DNA of 61,201 nucleotides, filler included, from Perkinsus olseni (GCA_013115125.1; 4 parts of 4 records of this genome joined end to end with filler, not necessarily neighbours in it), one strand, 5' to 3'; positions 49,089 to 61,201 are shown, counted from the whole stretch's first letter. Notes: generated by a model from the sequence alone, not told the origin. Numbers and translations: made by a program.

Positions 49089-51470
49089 TCACCACAAGCG
49101 AGTGGGAGAGTCTCTCAACATGCGTGCGCGGTATTTGTCGGCCATGTCTCTATCGGACCCCGGCATCTTCCAGACGTTATTCAGCATGTGAATGAAAGTT
49201 TCATCGTCGTCGATAGACGCGCTCACCGCCTCGTAATATCTGAGAGAGGCCAATCTCAATGCCGATCATCCAGCCGTTACAACGGGCCATGGTCCATGAC
49301 CCGTCCAGACTAGCTTGAAACACTCCTCTCCATGACTCATGGAGAGAAGTGTTTCAAGCTAGTCTCTTCCGTTCAGAGAAACTCTCTTGATGAAGAAGTA
49401 TTCATAAACCCGAATCTCGAAGGAATACTCTATGGAACCGCTCACGAGTATACAAGTGAATGGTGGAAGGTCTGTCTAACGTACGTCTCATTACGATTTT
49501 CCTCTGTGGAGGGATCCGAGGGCTCAGATCTTCAAGGCATAATGGAGATCTTCTGATTGAATCTACCGCTCGCGCGATGACAGTCTCGGCTGCCAACTCA
49601 CGGGGCTGAATCGGGTTCGGGTTCGGCGATACCCAGTGAGCCCAGAGCTTTTCAGAGGACTCACTCCAGCCACTCCCTGAGGGACACCTTCCCGTCGTGG
49701 TTAGCGTCGAAGACCTGCATGACTTCCGCGAAGATCTCTTTCGGGCGTCTGATTCCCGCTCGAACCTGTCGAAATTCGTGGGGCTTCTGCCCGCCTGCCG
49801 ATATGAAATTTTGCCGTCCGGTCTCACATCTGGATGGTTGGATGGATTTAGGCAATTGACGTCTTCGGAAGTTAGAAACCCATCGCCATTGGAATCGAGT
49901 TTGCTGAAGATGTCCGCGGCTGCCTCTCTACGACGGTTGTTCATTTTTCCTGATCGCGATGTGTTTTGTTTTGCAGTCCGGGCCGTTGATGTGGAACGAG
50001 CAATCGAGTGAGCGAGTAAAGCCATGAGGCATCCGTCGTACGATAATTTTATATTATTGCGGAATCGTCTACGATATAGTCAATCATTGAGATCATCGTA
50101 TCGAAGTTTGGTACGAACCGTAGTTTGGTAACCGAATTATTAGATTCATTTCACCTCCGATCATTCATGCCACTTCGAGAATCTCAAGTAGCACTATTCG
50201 TAGCTGTAGGTGGAACAGCCATGAGATCAAAGCGGAGAAATCATTATGATGATCCTCACCAAAGACTCCACAGCCCTTCGGCACATCGGCCTACCCCGTA
50301 TGGCCCTGAGGAATTCCTCGTAACCGACAGTGCCGGAGGAGTCAGAGTCGAAGAGTTGGAACAACAGCGTGCAGGCCTGCTGGTTTCGTACGCCTATCTC
50401 TCTGAGGAACTTGGTGAACTCCTCCATGCTCAACTGGAGAGGCAAAAACAACAACGTTGGACTCTTCGCACAATGACTTTCAGACACACTAATTGCCGAC
50501 TCAGAAGCAGATAGTTCTCGATAGGCTCCCATGGCAGCTCCTCGGTCTCGCATCGGAGAGGCGCATTAGCGAAAAGATTCCCGAGTCGCGTTTACCTTCC
50601 TATCACCGTCGTCGTCGATGATGCGGAATAGTTTACCCAAGCTGTAGATGTCGCCCGCACTTCGAGACTTCAACTTCTTGCGAAGCTCTTCTAGAGTTTT
50701 CTGGAAGGGAGGCACGACCACCTCTACTGAACGATTGTCTTCCGCTCGAGCGAATAAGACTCTTATGGAATGGGAAAGCCGTTGAGTTTCGACTGAAGCT
50801 TTCCGAGCTGCGATTTCACAATCAAATGCGCTCGACCAAAACTGCCCTGCTTCAAGAAGTTGGAAGGGATGCGCCAATCTGGAATGCCGACATTCATCTT
50901 CTTCTTGCCGTGCATCTCGGTGAGTTTGTTCGAGAAATCGTCTCCGCCCCATGATGGCGATTCGAAGTTCCTGAACCTGCAGGGAGCAGGAACCCGAAGC
51001 ACTGGGAGTCCGGAAGCTGAATGGCTGTATGACCAGCCGTCGTTCTCAAATTACCCGTCTAATTGCGCGTTCCCACTGGACTTCCTCTTTGAGCCTGAAG
51101 TAACAGTCACATGTGCCTGTTACGGCGCGATGTACTCGGAGGGCACGACACCGTACAGCCCCACCTGAGCTGCCAGTGCGGCCAACTCGCTCAAGTGATG
51201 AAGCTCCCGCTTGTCTCGGTCTATCTAGAACTTCCTCGTACTCCGAGATTAACCTAACAATTCCTGGCTAACCACGTTACCTTGCTGATGCTGCTCGACG
51301 ACGAATGCTTACTCACAGCTCACTGCAGTAGAGTGACTGCACAGAGTTCAATAGGAATTGGTCAACAACACCTGAGCGATGCGAACCTTCGCAAGCACAA
51401 TCTTAGCAGGGCACCGCGTTAATTCGGTCGAAGTGACTGCTTTAAACCTGCTCACGCCTTCCACCTCCAT
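49089..51470 (-). CDS. Calcyphosin-like EF-hand calcium-binding protein (multi-exon; start approximate)
   Basis: LRKKLKSRSAGDIYSLGKLFRIIDDDGDRK; LFQLFDSDSSGTVGYEEFLRAIRG; IFSKLDSNGDGFLT..HPDV; VFDANHDGKVSLREW; and the calcyphosin signature YYEAVSASIDDDETFIHMLNNVW. Confidence 0.85.
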
Positions 51471-51559
51471 GCTGGTCGTGTTTACGCGAAAACCTGTTGG
51501 CTATGAGCTACGTGTGTGGACTCAGCGATCGCCTAGGAGGCTCAAGAAGGCCTCCTATC

Positions 51560-51633
51560 GGTCGATTAGTTCGGCTGGATAGCATATCAGCCTACGGAGG
51601 AGATGGTCGTAGGTTCGAATCATGCACCGATTA
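51560..51633 (+). pseudogene. Degenerate tRNA-Arg(ACG) copy
   Basis: CGATTAGTTCGGCTGGATAG..GCCTACGGA..AGATGGTCGTAGGTTCGAATC aligns to the other Arg copies; the stems are broken. Confidence 0.75.
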
Positions 51634-53348
51634 TATTTAGTTCTCGACCGACATATTGAAAGGATGGCCTCGTTTGTGTTGAGCTTCTGAGCAGGAGCTG
51701 CAGTACCTGAACAACAAAACCCACAATGCATGTGCGTGACTTTATAGTCCAAGGCCGGTTCCGGCTTAGTTAGACTCTTGCTAATGTGCTCAGCTGGAGA
51801 CTTTCTGTATCACCACAATGCGTACCGTATATACGAAATGGATGTTCGAACTCTCGCTCGTCCCGAGCTCAGATCGGCAGTTGCGGCTGATGAAAGCAAA
51901 GCTCCGGACCAGAACGCATGAATTATTGTGCTAACAATACACAATGTCTGTCGACATATAGCCAACCTCAGAGTTAGCCGCGACACGGCGACAGAACTGA
52001 TCCCACTTAGAGACTTGTTCGTGGAACCTTATCCATCAGTAGCATATCGCAGCACCCCTCCTCTCTCGCCGTAAGGGGATGATCGTACAGGTGGTCTTCA
52101 GAAAGGTGACGCAAGTGTAGTGACGTGTCTCTCGGTCCAGCTTCAATAACTAGCTTGACCAGAGACGTAGAATGGACGTGATTCCCATTAGAAGCACAAG
52201 GTGTCATCGACCACGCATGCTATCGTGCCACCATATCACAGAATCGAAACCCCATGTGCTTGAGGTGTTCGGGCATCAAGACTAATAGCTGACTGCAGAA
52301 AACTACTTCAATATTCACTCTAGCTGTACTTCACAATGCGACGCTCACTTCCATCAGCATCGGCTCATCGAGGCTGCGAAAGTTATCCCATGCATATCCC
52401 TGGCGTACTGGAATATGAGCTAGACGATGGAATGGATCAGATATGTAACCCAGCGAACGTATCGAAGAGTTGGTAGTAGCAGTAACCATGGTCCATGGCC
52501 ATGCAGAAGGTTCATACGAATATTCTTTCGATTAGGTCAGCCTCCGAAACTTCTCACTCTTTCCAGGCGTTCATCATTATCGCAGCTCAAGAGCAGAGTA
52601 TCGTTCTAAAGCATCGGAGAGCCACCATACAATTCGACTCGACAATTCGATCCACGGACGTTCGCTCTCCACTTGTCATCTACCCTGACGAACGACACTT
52701 CCAGTTTTCAATAGTTGAAGGCGATGTCCTCTGACGTCGCCAGAAACTCATTCTCGTACAAAGCGTATACGGCAAAGAAGTTGTCCTCCTCTCCTATGAT
52801 CTCCCAACTGAGAGTATCGGTAAGGGCGTAGCTAAGCCAGCACCGACGTCCTGGGAGGTCCTTATTAACCATCCCGCAGCAGACCGATAGTACACACACA
52901 ATGAGGAGATGCTGCGCCGCCGCACTTGACGGAAAATCTTCCGAAACGCTCGGGCGGGAGCGTACACAAGTGAACGTGTCTCCACTTTTGTACCAATCCA
53001 CTTTTGAACCAAACGTTTTTGGTGGTGTAAAAATACACGAATTCGTGACAAACTCAAACACCGACGATTGTGTTGTACCAAATTTTATACTGGGGAATTT
53101 GTCCACTTCTGTACCAAATGGGCGAGCGCTTAACAACTATACCACTCGACACCGAACCTTTCTGACTTTGTAACACGAGGGGGTGTTCATCACTACCTTA
53201 TCGTACTTGCACCTGACTCGCCTGGCTGTGGTTATCAATCCGAAGCCCCACTACTTAACTTTACGGGTTCTTCAGCTTTTCGTACACACTCGTGGGGTTG
53301 TTCGTGCGATAATTGTGGAGCCCGTTGACTGCACAGCATCTTGCTCAC

Positions 53349-53415
53349 GGCAGAATGGTGTGTCGGTTAGGCATGTGAGGTTAGTAACGCGAGGTTGTGG
53401 GTTCGATCCCGGTAG
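53349..53415 (+). other. tRNA-derived (A-box/B-box) remnant downstream of the MULE ORF
   Basis: TGGTGTGTCGGTTAGG ... GGGTTCGATCCC at tRNA-like spacing, without an acceptor stem. Confidence 0.4.
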
Positions 53416-53583
53416 AATACTATTTTGTACGAACTAACTTCGGACTCGGGACTCCATTTCTCCGTATCGCGTTTTGTATCTTACATTTAATACCCATCCC
53501 CTTAAAGCACTTCGGCTCAACTCAACCCCACTATTTTTATATTTAAAAACATGTACAATACTCCAAGATCAAAAAAAACCCAC

Positions 53584-55203
53584 TTAAATTACTATCCTCC
53601 CTTCTGGCCCAAAGGCCATGCTAGGAGGGGCCGGGAATACTTCCGGGAAACGTAACACCCGACCGCTGGAGATGCACTGCGCAGCATGATAACGCATCCG
53701 GCTTTCTTCGAACACCGTGAGAGTGAACCACTGCCTATTCAGCACCACCTCGGTCAATCTAGCTACCGCGTGGAGTCCACAGGTATTGCTCCCGTATTCT
53801 TGTTGTTGCACTGCAACATTCAGGACTTCACTTGAGCCGTAGAGTTGACGCATAGCTTGTACGAAGAATCCATCGTGAGGGAGATGGACGTTCATGCTAT
53901 CCATGAAGTACACCTGCCCATCAACAACTGCGGTCGCCGCGAAGTGCTGCCTAGCCGGGTCGATGATAGGTTGAACGTACAGCTCACCGCTATGTAGTAC
54001 CGAAGCAGGAACAGGTTGAAAGCCGAAAGAACTTGTTCCCACTGCCACCTTCTGCGGGGACCGGATCTGTGCTTCTTGGCAAAGCATCTCCATCCAGATA
54101 TCAACGATATCATCCGGTATCATGCTCCCGGTTGTTAATAGTTCTTGCCGGTTTTCGAGTGTCACCGACAAGCGGCCACCCTGTCGTGAAGTTAGGCTGG
54201 TCCATGGGGTCGACGCATTCTGGGTTGACTGCTCAGATGCTCCGCGACGTTTTTTGGGTGTCGGTCCGACTTCACCAGTAGCTTCAGCGATTCCTTCTGA
54301 GCTGCTGACATCTACCACAGTATCATTCCCTCCGTTTGTCTGAGAAACGCAGGGAACGTCGCCTCCATTTGATTCCAACGCGTCGTCGTCAAAGACCGCC
54401 GTGGGCGTGATGCGTCTCACCACATTGACGGCGCTATCGACCCACGACTTTACGCTCAAAGCTGTGACATCTTGGGCGCATAGGCTCGACAATATGATAT
54501 CGTCGTAGTCGTACTTCGGTGGTCGAGAAGGAGCATGACCTGCATTCAATCTCACCAATTCGAGATGAGTCTCCAGCATCATCGAGTGAACACTCAGCAC
54601 CCATACATAAAACGACGGTCTCTCCTTGTGCTCGCCAAAGCTGCTATTCCAGCGGTAGTGGAAACCCTCCTGGTTGTTGTTAGTCCGTGGAAGGGCGGCT
54701 TGAACTCTCTCCTTCATCAGCCAAAGCTGTGGCTTCGCAACACGCCCTTCAACATAATTTCTAAGTACATACTGAAGGATACGCTGCCGATCACCGGTGG
54801 GTAAGTCTGCGAGAGCGTAAAGGATGGCAGAACAGATAAGCTCAGCAGGAAGAAAAACGATGCACAGAAGTTTGTAGTAGCAAACCTTTACCACTTCTTT
54901 CGAAGCGTTGTGAACTATCCTGAATTGCTTCCACCAGTTCTGAGCCAGGTGGAAGTAGCAAAGTTTCACTACAGTTGTTGGAAAGACTTGCTGAAACGCC
55001 TTCACGGCGGCGGATTCGAAATCAAGCATCACGGAAGCAATATTCAGCTTCAAAAAATCTCTCAACACTCGGAAAACTTTCAAGTACGACTCTTGGCTTT
55101 TATCAGCCATTAGAATGTATATGGCAGGGCAGAAACGAGCAGATTCATGTCGGAATAAAATGGTATATTGTGTGAACTGCGTAAATCGAATATGATCATA
55201 CAT
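53584..55203 (-). mobile_element. Mutator-like (MULE) transposase fused to a Ulp1/C48-like cysteine protease; N-terminally truncated
   Basis: PAIYILMADKSQESY..VMLDFESAAVKAFQQVFP..CYFHLAQNW and RTNNNQEGFH (MULE DDE). QHF..YFMDSM..VQQQEYGSNTCGLHA gives the Ulp1 H-D-Q-C set. CCACTT(T/C)TG(T/A)ACC repeats at ~52980-53116 may be subterminal. Confidence 0.9.
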
Positions 55204-55226
55204 AGGTTAAGTTACTCTCCTACTGC

Positions 55227-56552
55227 ATGGCAGTATTCTCCCTCTCCGTCGCTGTCCTCTCGACCCTCGGTGCCCTTCAGGGCGTCTCATCCGCGATGGG
55301 TTCTACCGCCGAGTGCGACGCTGTCTGTGCCGCTACCTACCCAGGGTCATATTGTAAATACTGGAAAACGCCCAGCACTTGCTTTGGGTCGAGCGCCCCG
55401 TGCTCCTGTTACTCGAGTTCGACGACGGAAGCCCCTCGTAATTGCGACGCCGGTTGTGCCGCGGATACTCCCGGCTCGTACTGCAAGTATTGGAAGGTTC
55501 CCAGCGTCTGCCATGCATCCAACTTGCCTTGCACTTGCGAAGTCTCGTCATCTCCTGGGGTTATCACCGACGAGGTCTCGGTCACTACAACACCTTCTGA
55601 AGCTCCTGGTCGCGAGGACAAGGACGAGGAGACCACCACTCATGTGACCACACAAACGGCTGTCATTGCCACCACTGCAGCTCTGGCTACGACCTCGGGC
55701 ACTGAAGATACTACTGAGGCTTCGACTGTCGAGACGACAGCTGCCTCGGAGGTTACTAGTATGACTACGGCTGTTGTCGACACCACAGAGTTGACCACTC
55801 CAACCGTCGTTACCGACGAGGTTGATGTTACCACTGCGCCTGGTGAATCCCCTGGCCGTGACCAGAAGGATGATGACCAGACTACAACTGCCGAGGCCAC
55901 TGTAGTTACCACTACAGCTGTTCCCATCGTGGATAGGGCGACCTGTTCGACGTCCAGCGCTGATATCCCCGTGGAGACTTCTGCCCCGGTCACGACCCTG
56001 GCAACCTCCACCATGGCTCCCGTCACTGGCGAAGTGGTCGTTACCACCGAGGCCGGAGAATCTCCCGGCAGGGAAAAGGACGAAGGTGATGCTCCTGTAG
56101 AGACTACGACTGATGCTCCTGTTGAGACCATGACTGATGCTCCTCTAGAGACTACGACTGATGCTCCTGTAGAGACTACGACTGATGCTCCTGTAGAGAC
56201 TACGACTGATGCTCTTGTAGAGACTACGACTGGTGCGACCCCCGAACCCACCAGCACGGCGGCCACCTCAGAGCAGACAACGCCAGCGGTTGTCACTAAT
56301 GAGGCTACTGTCACTACTCCTATCGACGAGGCGGACGGACGAGATCAGAAGGATGAATCGACCGAGACTACTCAGCCTTCTACTAAAGCTGTTATCTCAA
56401 CAGTCGAGGCGGTGACCACGGACGCCTCGACTGATGCGGTCACGGCGGTCACAACCACCGATGTTGCTACCTCCATTGAGGTCACCTCTGAAGCCCCACC
56501 GACTACTGCCGAAGCGACTGAGGTCCCGACTACTGTCAGCCCGGGTACTTAG
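55227..56552 (+). CDS. Secreted Cys-repeat, Thr/Glu-rich mucin-like protein
   Basis: Signal peptide; two CDAxCAAxxPGSYCKYWKxPSxC..PCxC modules; four TxEVxVTTxPxEx(P/D)GR(E/D)-like motifs; DAPVETTT repeats; intronless 441 aa. Confidence 0.85.
   Translation: MAVFSLSVAVLSTLGALQGVSSAMGSTAECDAVCAATYPGSYCKYWKTPSTCFGSSAPCSCYSSSTTEAPRNCDAGCAADTPGSYCKYWKVPSVCHASNLPCTCEVSSSPGVITDEVSVTTTPSEAPGREDKDEETTTHVTTQTAVIATTAALATTSGTEDTTEASTVETTAASEVTSMTTAVVDTTELTTPTVVTDEVDVTTAPGESPGRDQKDDDQTTTAEATVVTTTAVPIVDRATCSTSSADIPVETSAPVTTLATSTMAPVTGEVVVTTEAGESPGREKDEGDAPVETTTDAPVETMTDAPLETTTDAPVETTTDAPVETTTDALVETTTGATPEPTSTAATSEQTTPAVVTNEATVTTPIDEADGRDQKDESTETTQPSTKAVISTVEAVTTDASTDAVTAVTTTDVATSIEVTSEAPPTTAEATEVPTTVSPGT
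56088..56231 (+). repeat. Six tandem 24-bp coding repeats (DAPVETTT)
   Basis: GATGCTCCTGTAGAGACTACGACT x6 with few substitutions. Confidence 0.95.
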
Positions 56553-57341
56553 ACCACTCTCTTACAATGAAGCTTGTAACGCTCATGCCATCGCATTTTA
56601 TTATAGCCTGCGGGACGGCGTGATTTCTTGATAGTGATTGGATGAAGTGTGATGATTGTGGCGTCCGTTGTTGCGTTCCGCAGTGGAGGTTTGACTGTTT
56701 AGGACTGAAGAATGCTTGGAAGCGGGAACGTTACCTAGCAAGGCGGCAGTTGAAAGCAAATGAGCGGGCGAAAAGGATTGAACGCGTGATATCCTGGCAT
56801 TTTGCATCGTTGAGATGTTTCAGGTTCCGGTCGCTCCGCAAGCTCGAGCCAATAAGTACTCGTCATGCAGCATGACAGAGCCGGGCCTTGCGTTGTCGTG
56901 TTTCGCTTTGCGTTCATGTCCTTGCTGAACGTGTTTCGCTCTTCAGGTTATTCCGAGGATGTTCGCGGCCTACTTGGCAGCGCCAGGGCAGAAGCTCAGC
57001 TGTTGTCGTACGTAATGAATTCACTCGAAACCTAGCTGCGTGATGTCGTCCTGTCACGTCCCTTCTGTCTTTCGTTGCGCCGAGCGAAGGTCCCTCCGGT
57101 TTTCAGGATTTCCTTGTCATTAGCAGTGTTACCTGGGATTTCCAGCTCGTAAGAGCGCAACTTGGATTCGGAAGAGTTCCGCCGAGCGCTCGGGCCGAGC
57201 ACTCAACTCGGAAATTCACTCGAGTGCATCATTTCATCCCGAGTTCGGAAGAGATGCCCTTCCGACTACCCAGACTCGGTAAATGGGGCGCTTGAATAGG
57301 TCCCAGCTCTGGCTGACGTTGCGTGTACCTCGGTACGATGA

Positions 57342-57422
57342 CGACACCTGTGGGATTCGACTCTCGCGAGCATAGCCCAACGGCTTAGCAGGCCGCGGCT
57401 TCAAACACTCGACCAAAATGCC
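57342..57422 (-). pseudogene. tRNA-Ser(GCT) pseudogene within a ~220-bp duplication of 59095-59315
   Basis: Diverged copy of the 59129 tRNA. The shared flank GTCAGCTCATTG.AGGTTTCTGACT.AGAAAAT..TTCAGAAACTGCCT is also duplicated. Confidence 0.8.
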
Positions 57423-58963
57423 TTCATAAGAGCAGCGTTGCACCAGCTGGTCAGCTCATTGGAGGTTTCTGACTAAGAAAATAAGACACTTGCTAAACAG
57501 TTCAGAAACTGCCTTGGCCAGAATTCACGGGAGTCACGGCCTCTCGACCTCCCATGCATCTACCCGCTGCTACCTATATTGTATAATGAAAGCTGGCTCC
57601 GAACGTCTGCTGTTGATTTCTCTGTTCCCATTCCCTCATACAACGTGCCCGCCACGCACGAAAAACGCACTTACAGCAGAAATCAACATTGTGCAGGGGG
57701 AAGGGGTGAATGGATGGGGAGAGTTGTAGAAGGGCCCGCGCCGGCTCTCGCCCCCTCGTCACATCGATCAAAACCCGCAACGAAATCACGAACTGTCCAA
57801 ACAATGGGTGAGAGAGAGGCGGACAGACCGCGACCCGATCGGGTGGCCATGCTTTGGTGGGTGGTGACTTACGGATGGTGATGTCACTGGCCGCTGATTG
57901 GGCCAGACACCCACCCTGACGATTTGAGCTGGCGGCTTCTGTTGTCCACACTGTGGATACCACAAGCTGTGGGTGGGCAACTGAGCAGAGGCGCCTACAC
58001 GTCTCCTTACCAAGCCAACTGATGGACAATTGCGCGCCGCGCCGTGCGGGGACGGCGCTGGTCCAAACTGTGGCTGGGCTTGAAAGGGAGCTCTGTGACG
58101 TCGAATATTGAGTTGGCCCTAGTGGCCAAGACGTTCACAGCGATCTCGAACAGTGACTCGCTCCGGCAATGTCATCGCCGTGGCGAGCACCTAGTTCGCC
58201 CTCCTGCCAGCGGGCTGCCGACTCGGCAGTGCTGAGTACATTCAGAGCCGCTTAGGCCGTTTAGCTTGCGTACTGCACAATCTGCACGTGGCGCATGCTA
58301 AGCGGCGGCGACTTCGAGTACTCGGCGGACACAGCTCCCTGCTGCTGACCGGCGGTGCCGGTCACAAGTTGGCAGTTTCTGGGAGCGTCTTCAGCGAAAG
58401 CGAGGACATGCGAAGAGAAGTATCCCGGGCGGGCGTGGGATGGGGAAAAAATTCAAGCGTCGAGCAGACGTTCCTGAGAGGGCTCGGCTAGCGATAGCTC
58501 GTATCACCGGCCCGATCGTTTCATAGCAATAACAACTGGGCGCGCGAGTTGTCACGTTGTGTTCCTTCGCGCAAAGTTCGGGGAGACTGCCCCCGAAGCA
58601 TCCTGATTTCTGCGGGTTTTGACCGGTTGATAGTCCGGCACATCGCAGCCTTCGGCTGCGCCTTGTCTTCCTATCAACCTTGCACATTGCTGGCTGATGT
58701 GTGTGCCTGACTACTCAGTGCGCAAGAACCTGAGGCATCGTGGAGTTTGTTAGTCTTCATGGGAAATTCGGGATATGCTTTCGGTGCTGACCTAATGGTT
58801 TATCACTCATCGGCTTTAATCAATTGAAGAATTCATTATTTTGTTTTTTTATATTAATTGCTTATCAATAGATCAATTAATCAGTTAACGAATGATTGAT
58901 TCCTTACCTCCCAATGACGAAAACATTCAGACCGGCGAGGAGGTTTACGATCCGCTGCTGAAT

Positions 58964-59049
58964 GCCCGATTAGTTCAGCTGGTAGTTCAGCTGGATAGAA
59001 TGTCTGCCTACGGAACAGATGGTCGTAGGTTTGAATCCTGCATCGGGTA
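58964..59049 (+). pseudogene. tRNA-Arg(ACG) with a 12-nt tandem duplication in the D-arm
   Basis: GCCCGAT TAGTTCAGCTGG TAGTTCAGCTGG ATAG..CTACGGA..GGTTTGAATCCTGC ATCGGGTA. Confidence 0.8.
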
Positions 59050-59128
59050 GACCCTTAGCTTTGACTGACGTTGCGTGCGCTCTTGCTCAGCAAGACTTGC
59101 TGACGTTGCGTTTACCACAATACGATGA

Positions 59129-59210
59129 CGACACCTGAGAAATTCGAACCCTCGCGGGCATAGCCCAACGGCTTAGCAGGCCGCCGCCTTAACCACTCGG
59201 CCAAAGTGTC
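59129..59210 (-). tRNA. trnS-GCT: tRNA-Ser(GCT)
   Basis: Near-identical to the 33061 copy; the T-stem has two G-U pairs. Confidence 0.85.
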
Positions 59211-59990
59211 TTGAAGAGGTAGTGTAGCACCAGCTAGTCAGCTCATTGAAGGTTTCTGACTGAGAAAATGAGGCACTCGCTGAACTATTCAGAAACTGCC
59301 TCGGCCATGATTCATCTGGAGGTATGAACGAAGTCACATACCGTCGGTGAAGCCGGCCGTGTGGGGACATTCGACACAAAGGTGCAGCGTTGGGACACCA
59401 GCTGCACAGCTAGCGCTAGTGTCAGTCTCTGTTTCTGCCTTCGGCTACTTGAGTTGAGTTGACTCATTTATATTCGGGAGGAAGACGGCTGCGTCCCTGC
59501 GGAGACGCGTGGGTCGCGCCGCCAGGCCTCTCTTTTGTTTTTATTTTCAATGCCATCCGCAATTGTAGGCGTTGTGCTCGTTAGCACATACGAGAACGAA
59601 CGTGTGTTCTCGTGCGTCTGGCAAGACCACGGTACCTGCGTACCTCACGTTGCGCCCTCTTATGCTCTGTACTCGGTGGTAGCCGGACGTTAAGGCTACC
59701 ATTCGATGTCTCCGTACCTGTGTACGTACCGGTACTTACCCGTGTACTCTAGGTGCGTTCTCTCAGGTTGGTTATCCGGGAAGGCCGGAAGTCAAGGCTG
59801 CCACCCGGTCCCTTCCTGACTCTTCCACCCGGGATCTTTCCCGGTAGTGGAATTTTGTTGGTCCGTTGACAACTTGTGCATCTCTTGCAAGATTGTCGAG
59901 TTCTCCAGCCTTCAATCACGTTGGCATTTTTGCGGTCAGTGAGTTCTTTTATTCATGTCCGTAGCTTCGTAGAATCAGGACCATGATGAG

Positions 59991-61089
59991 GTGACGGCAA
60001 TCCTCACGAGCGTGTGTGAAGATGAAACAACGATTGGTGTTCTTCACAAGTTCCTTTGTGATTCTCATATCACTAAAGCGAGGAGTTTGGCTACTTTATC
60101 GCCGGCTCTGATAGCTGCTGCTTCTACACAGTTGCGAGCACCTGACGGAGGTGACCAGCAAATGGATGGCACACTTCGGAAGGGTGTGGTCGCCTCCCTC
60201 TTGGCAGCTGCCAGAGATGAAGCTTTGGCACAAATCGAGCATCAGGTTCTCTTGGCAAAGCAAAAGTTGACATTAGCCGAGGGACCGTCGGATGGTGATA
60301 GATCCAAGTCTGCTCGTCGAGCCAAAACTCGCGCTTACACAACAGCGCTTAAGGTCGTAGCTTCTCGACTGGGTAGGCCCAGTCTCCCTCCATCGCTGGT
60401 TCCTCCCCAGCGTTTGCTGGAGACTCTTCGTCTTAACATCGTTGTTTTTTGTTGACTTTAAAAGGTATTCTCCTCAGTCGTCTGCTACCGGAGCTGAACG
60501 GGCCACATCGTATGATGTTCCTGGTGGGAACCTGTGCCCTCCTTCGTGAGTCTGAACTGTTAATTTAACAAAACGATGTGTAAGTTACACTGGTTCGTCT
60601 GTGATATTCCGCATTACAACCAGCAAAACTGACGTGTTTTTCGCTGGTTCCACAGTGCCGGTCGGTTGCCCCGAGAGTCTCTCGAGCTCCGTCTCCTCGT
60701 GCTCTTCACCATTATGCGTTCCTCACTCCTTCAAAAGGTTCGTTCCGGGACAACCTATGCAAGATTCTTTGCTCTTCCCCAAACGCTACCAGGAGACTTT
60801 CAAGGACGCTTTAACAGAAGCGTTATTCACTGTCATGGGAGATAAGCCACGTTGCACTAGTCATGCTATGCGACGGACTGGGGCTACCATAGCATTTCGG
60901 CAGGGAATGCGTTTAGAGGAAATCGCTATTCTGGGGAGGTGGTCTGGTACGGAAACGCTCACAGCTCACTACCTGCGAGATGTATCCGACGAGGTCACAC
61001 GTATAGCCAACGAGGTGGCTCGATTCTGGTCGAAACGAAGTGAGTTCGGGAGTAGGGCTTTAGGGCGCTCACTTCCTTTTAGGCCGTGA
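59991..61089 (+). mobile_element. Tyrosine-recombinase element (DIRS/Ngaro- or Crypton-like): short ORF1 plus a disrupted YR; no RT seen
   Basis: ALLRESEL (box I R), TSKTD (K), SHAMRRTGAT (HxxR), ILGRWS (W) and AHYLR (Y). Stops occur between 60560 and 60600. Confidence 0.85.
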
Positions 61090-61201
61090 ACGCTCCCTCA
61101 CTCTTCGTGCTTCGGGACTAGGGGTCGAATACTCGGCTTTCATGGGCCTACAAGTCCGTGATCGCTTGGGTTTCGGCGGTTCCGAGAGCTCTCTCACGGA
61201 A

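Noticed and set aside
55640-56314. 224-aa minus-strand ORF (also 34877-35461)
   Set aside because: Antisense shadows of real plus-strand genes.

Overview
Eukaryotic, intron-rich, transposon-littered genomic DNA in four contigs joined by 100-nt N/TTAATTAATTAA spacers. Gene families, short introns (including a GC-AG donor) and assembly style suggest an alveolate such as Perkinsus; this is inference. Host genes: a multi-exon ferlin, a calcyphosin-like EF-hand gene, a berberine-bridge-type FAD oxidase with a premature stop, three decaying GH18 chitinase-like copies, two neuralized/SPRY-like paralogs, a secreted Cys-repeat/Thr-rich mucin-like protein, and tRNA-Ser(GCT)/tRNA-Arg(ACG) genes and pseudogenes. 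Mobile DNA: a Ty3/gypsy element (-1 frameshift signal, duplicated integrase HHCC module), a second LTR/gag remnant, a MULE-Ulp1 transposase, tyrosine-recombinase elements, a Tc1/mariner-type MITE and hAT-like fragments. The most striking signal is a stereotyped scar found more than 20 times across the window. For an 8-bp word it reads: first 7 nt, then the reverse complement of all 8 nt, then the last 7 nt (net +14 nt, two nested palindromes with 1-nt centres). Longer versions have palindromic arms of up to 29 bp. Removing these scars exactly restores broken reading frames in gag, integrase and a chitinase-like gene. The geometry matches hairpin-mediated (hAT-type, 8-bp TSD) excision repaired by annealing of the opened hairpins.
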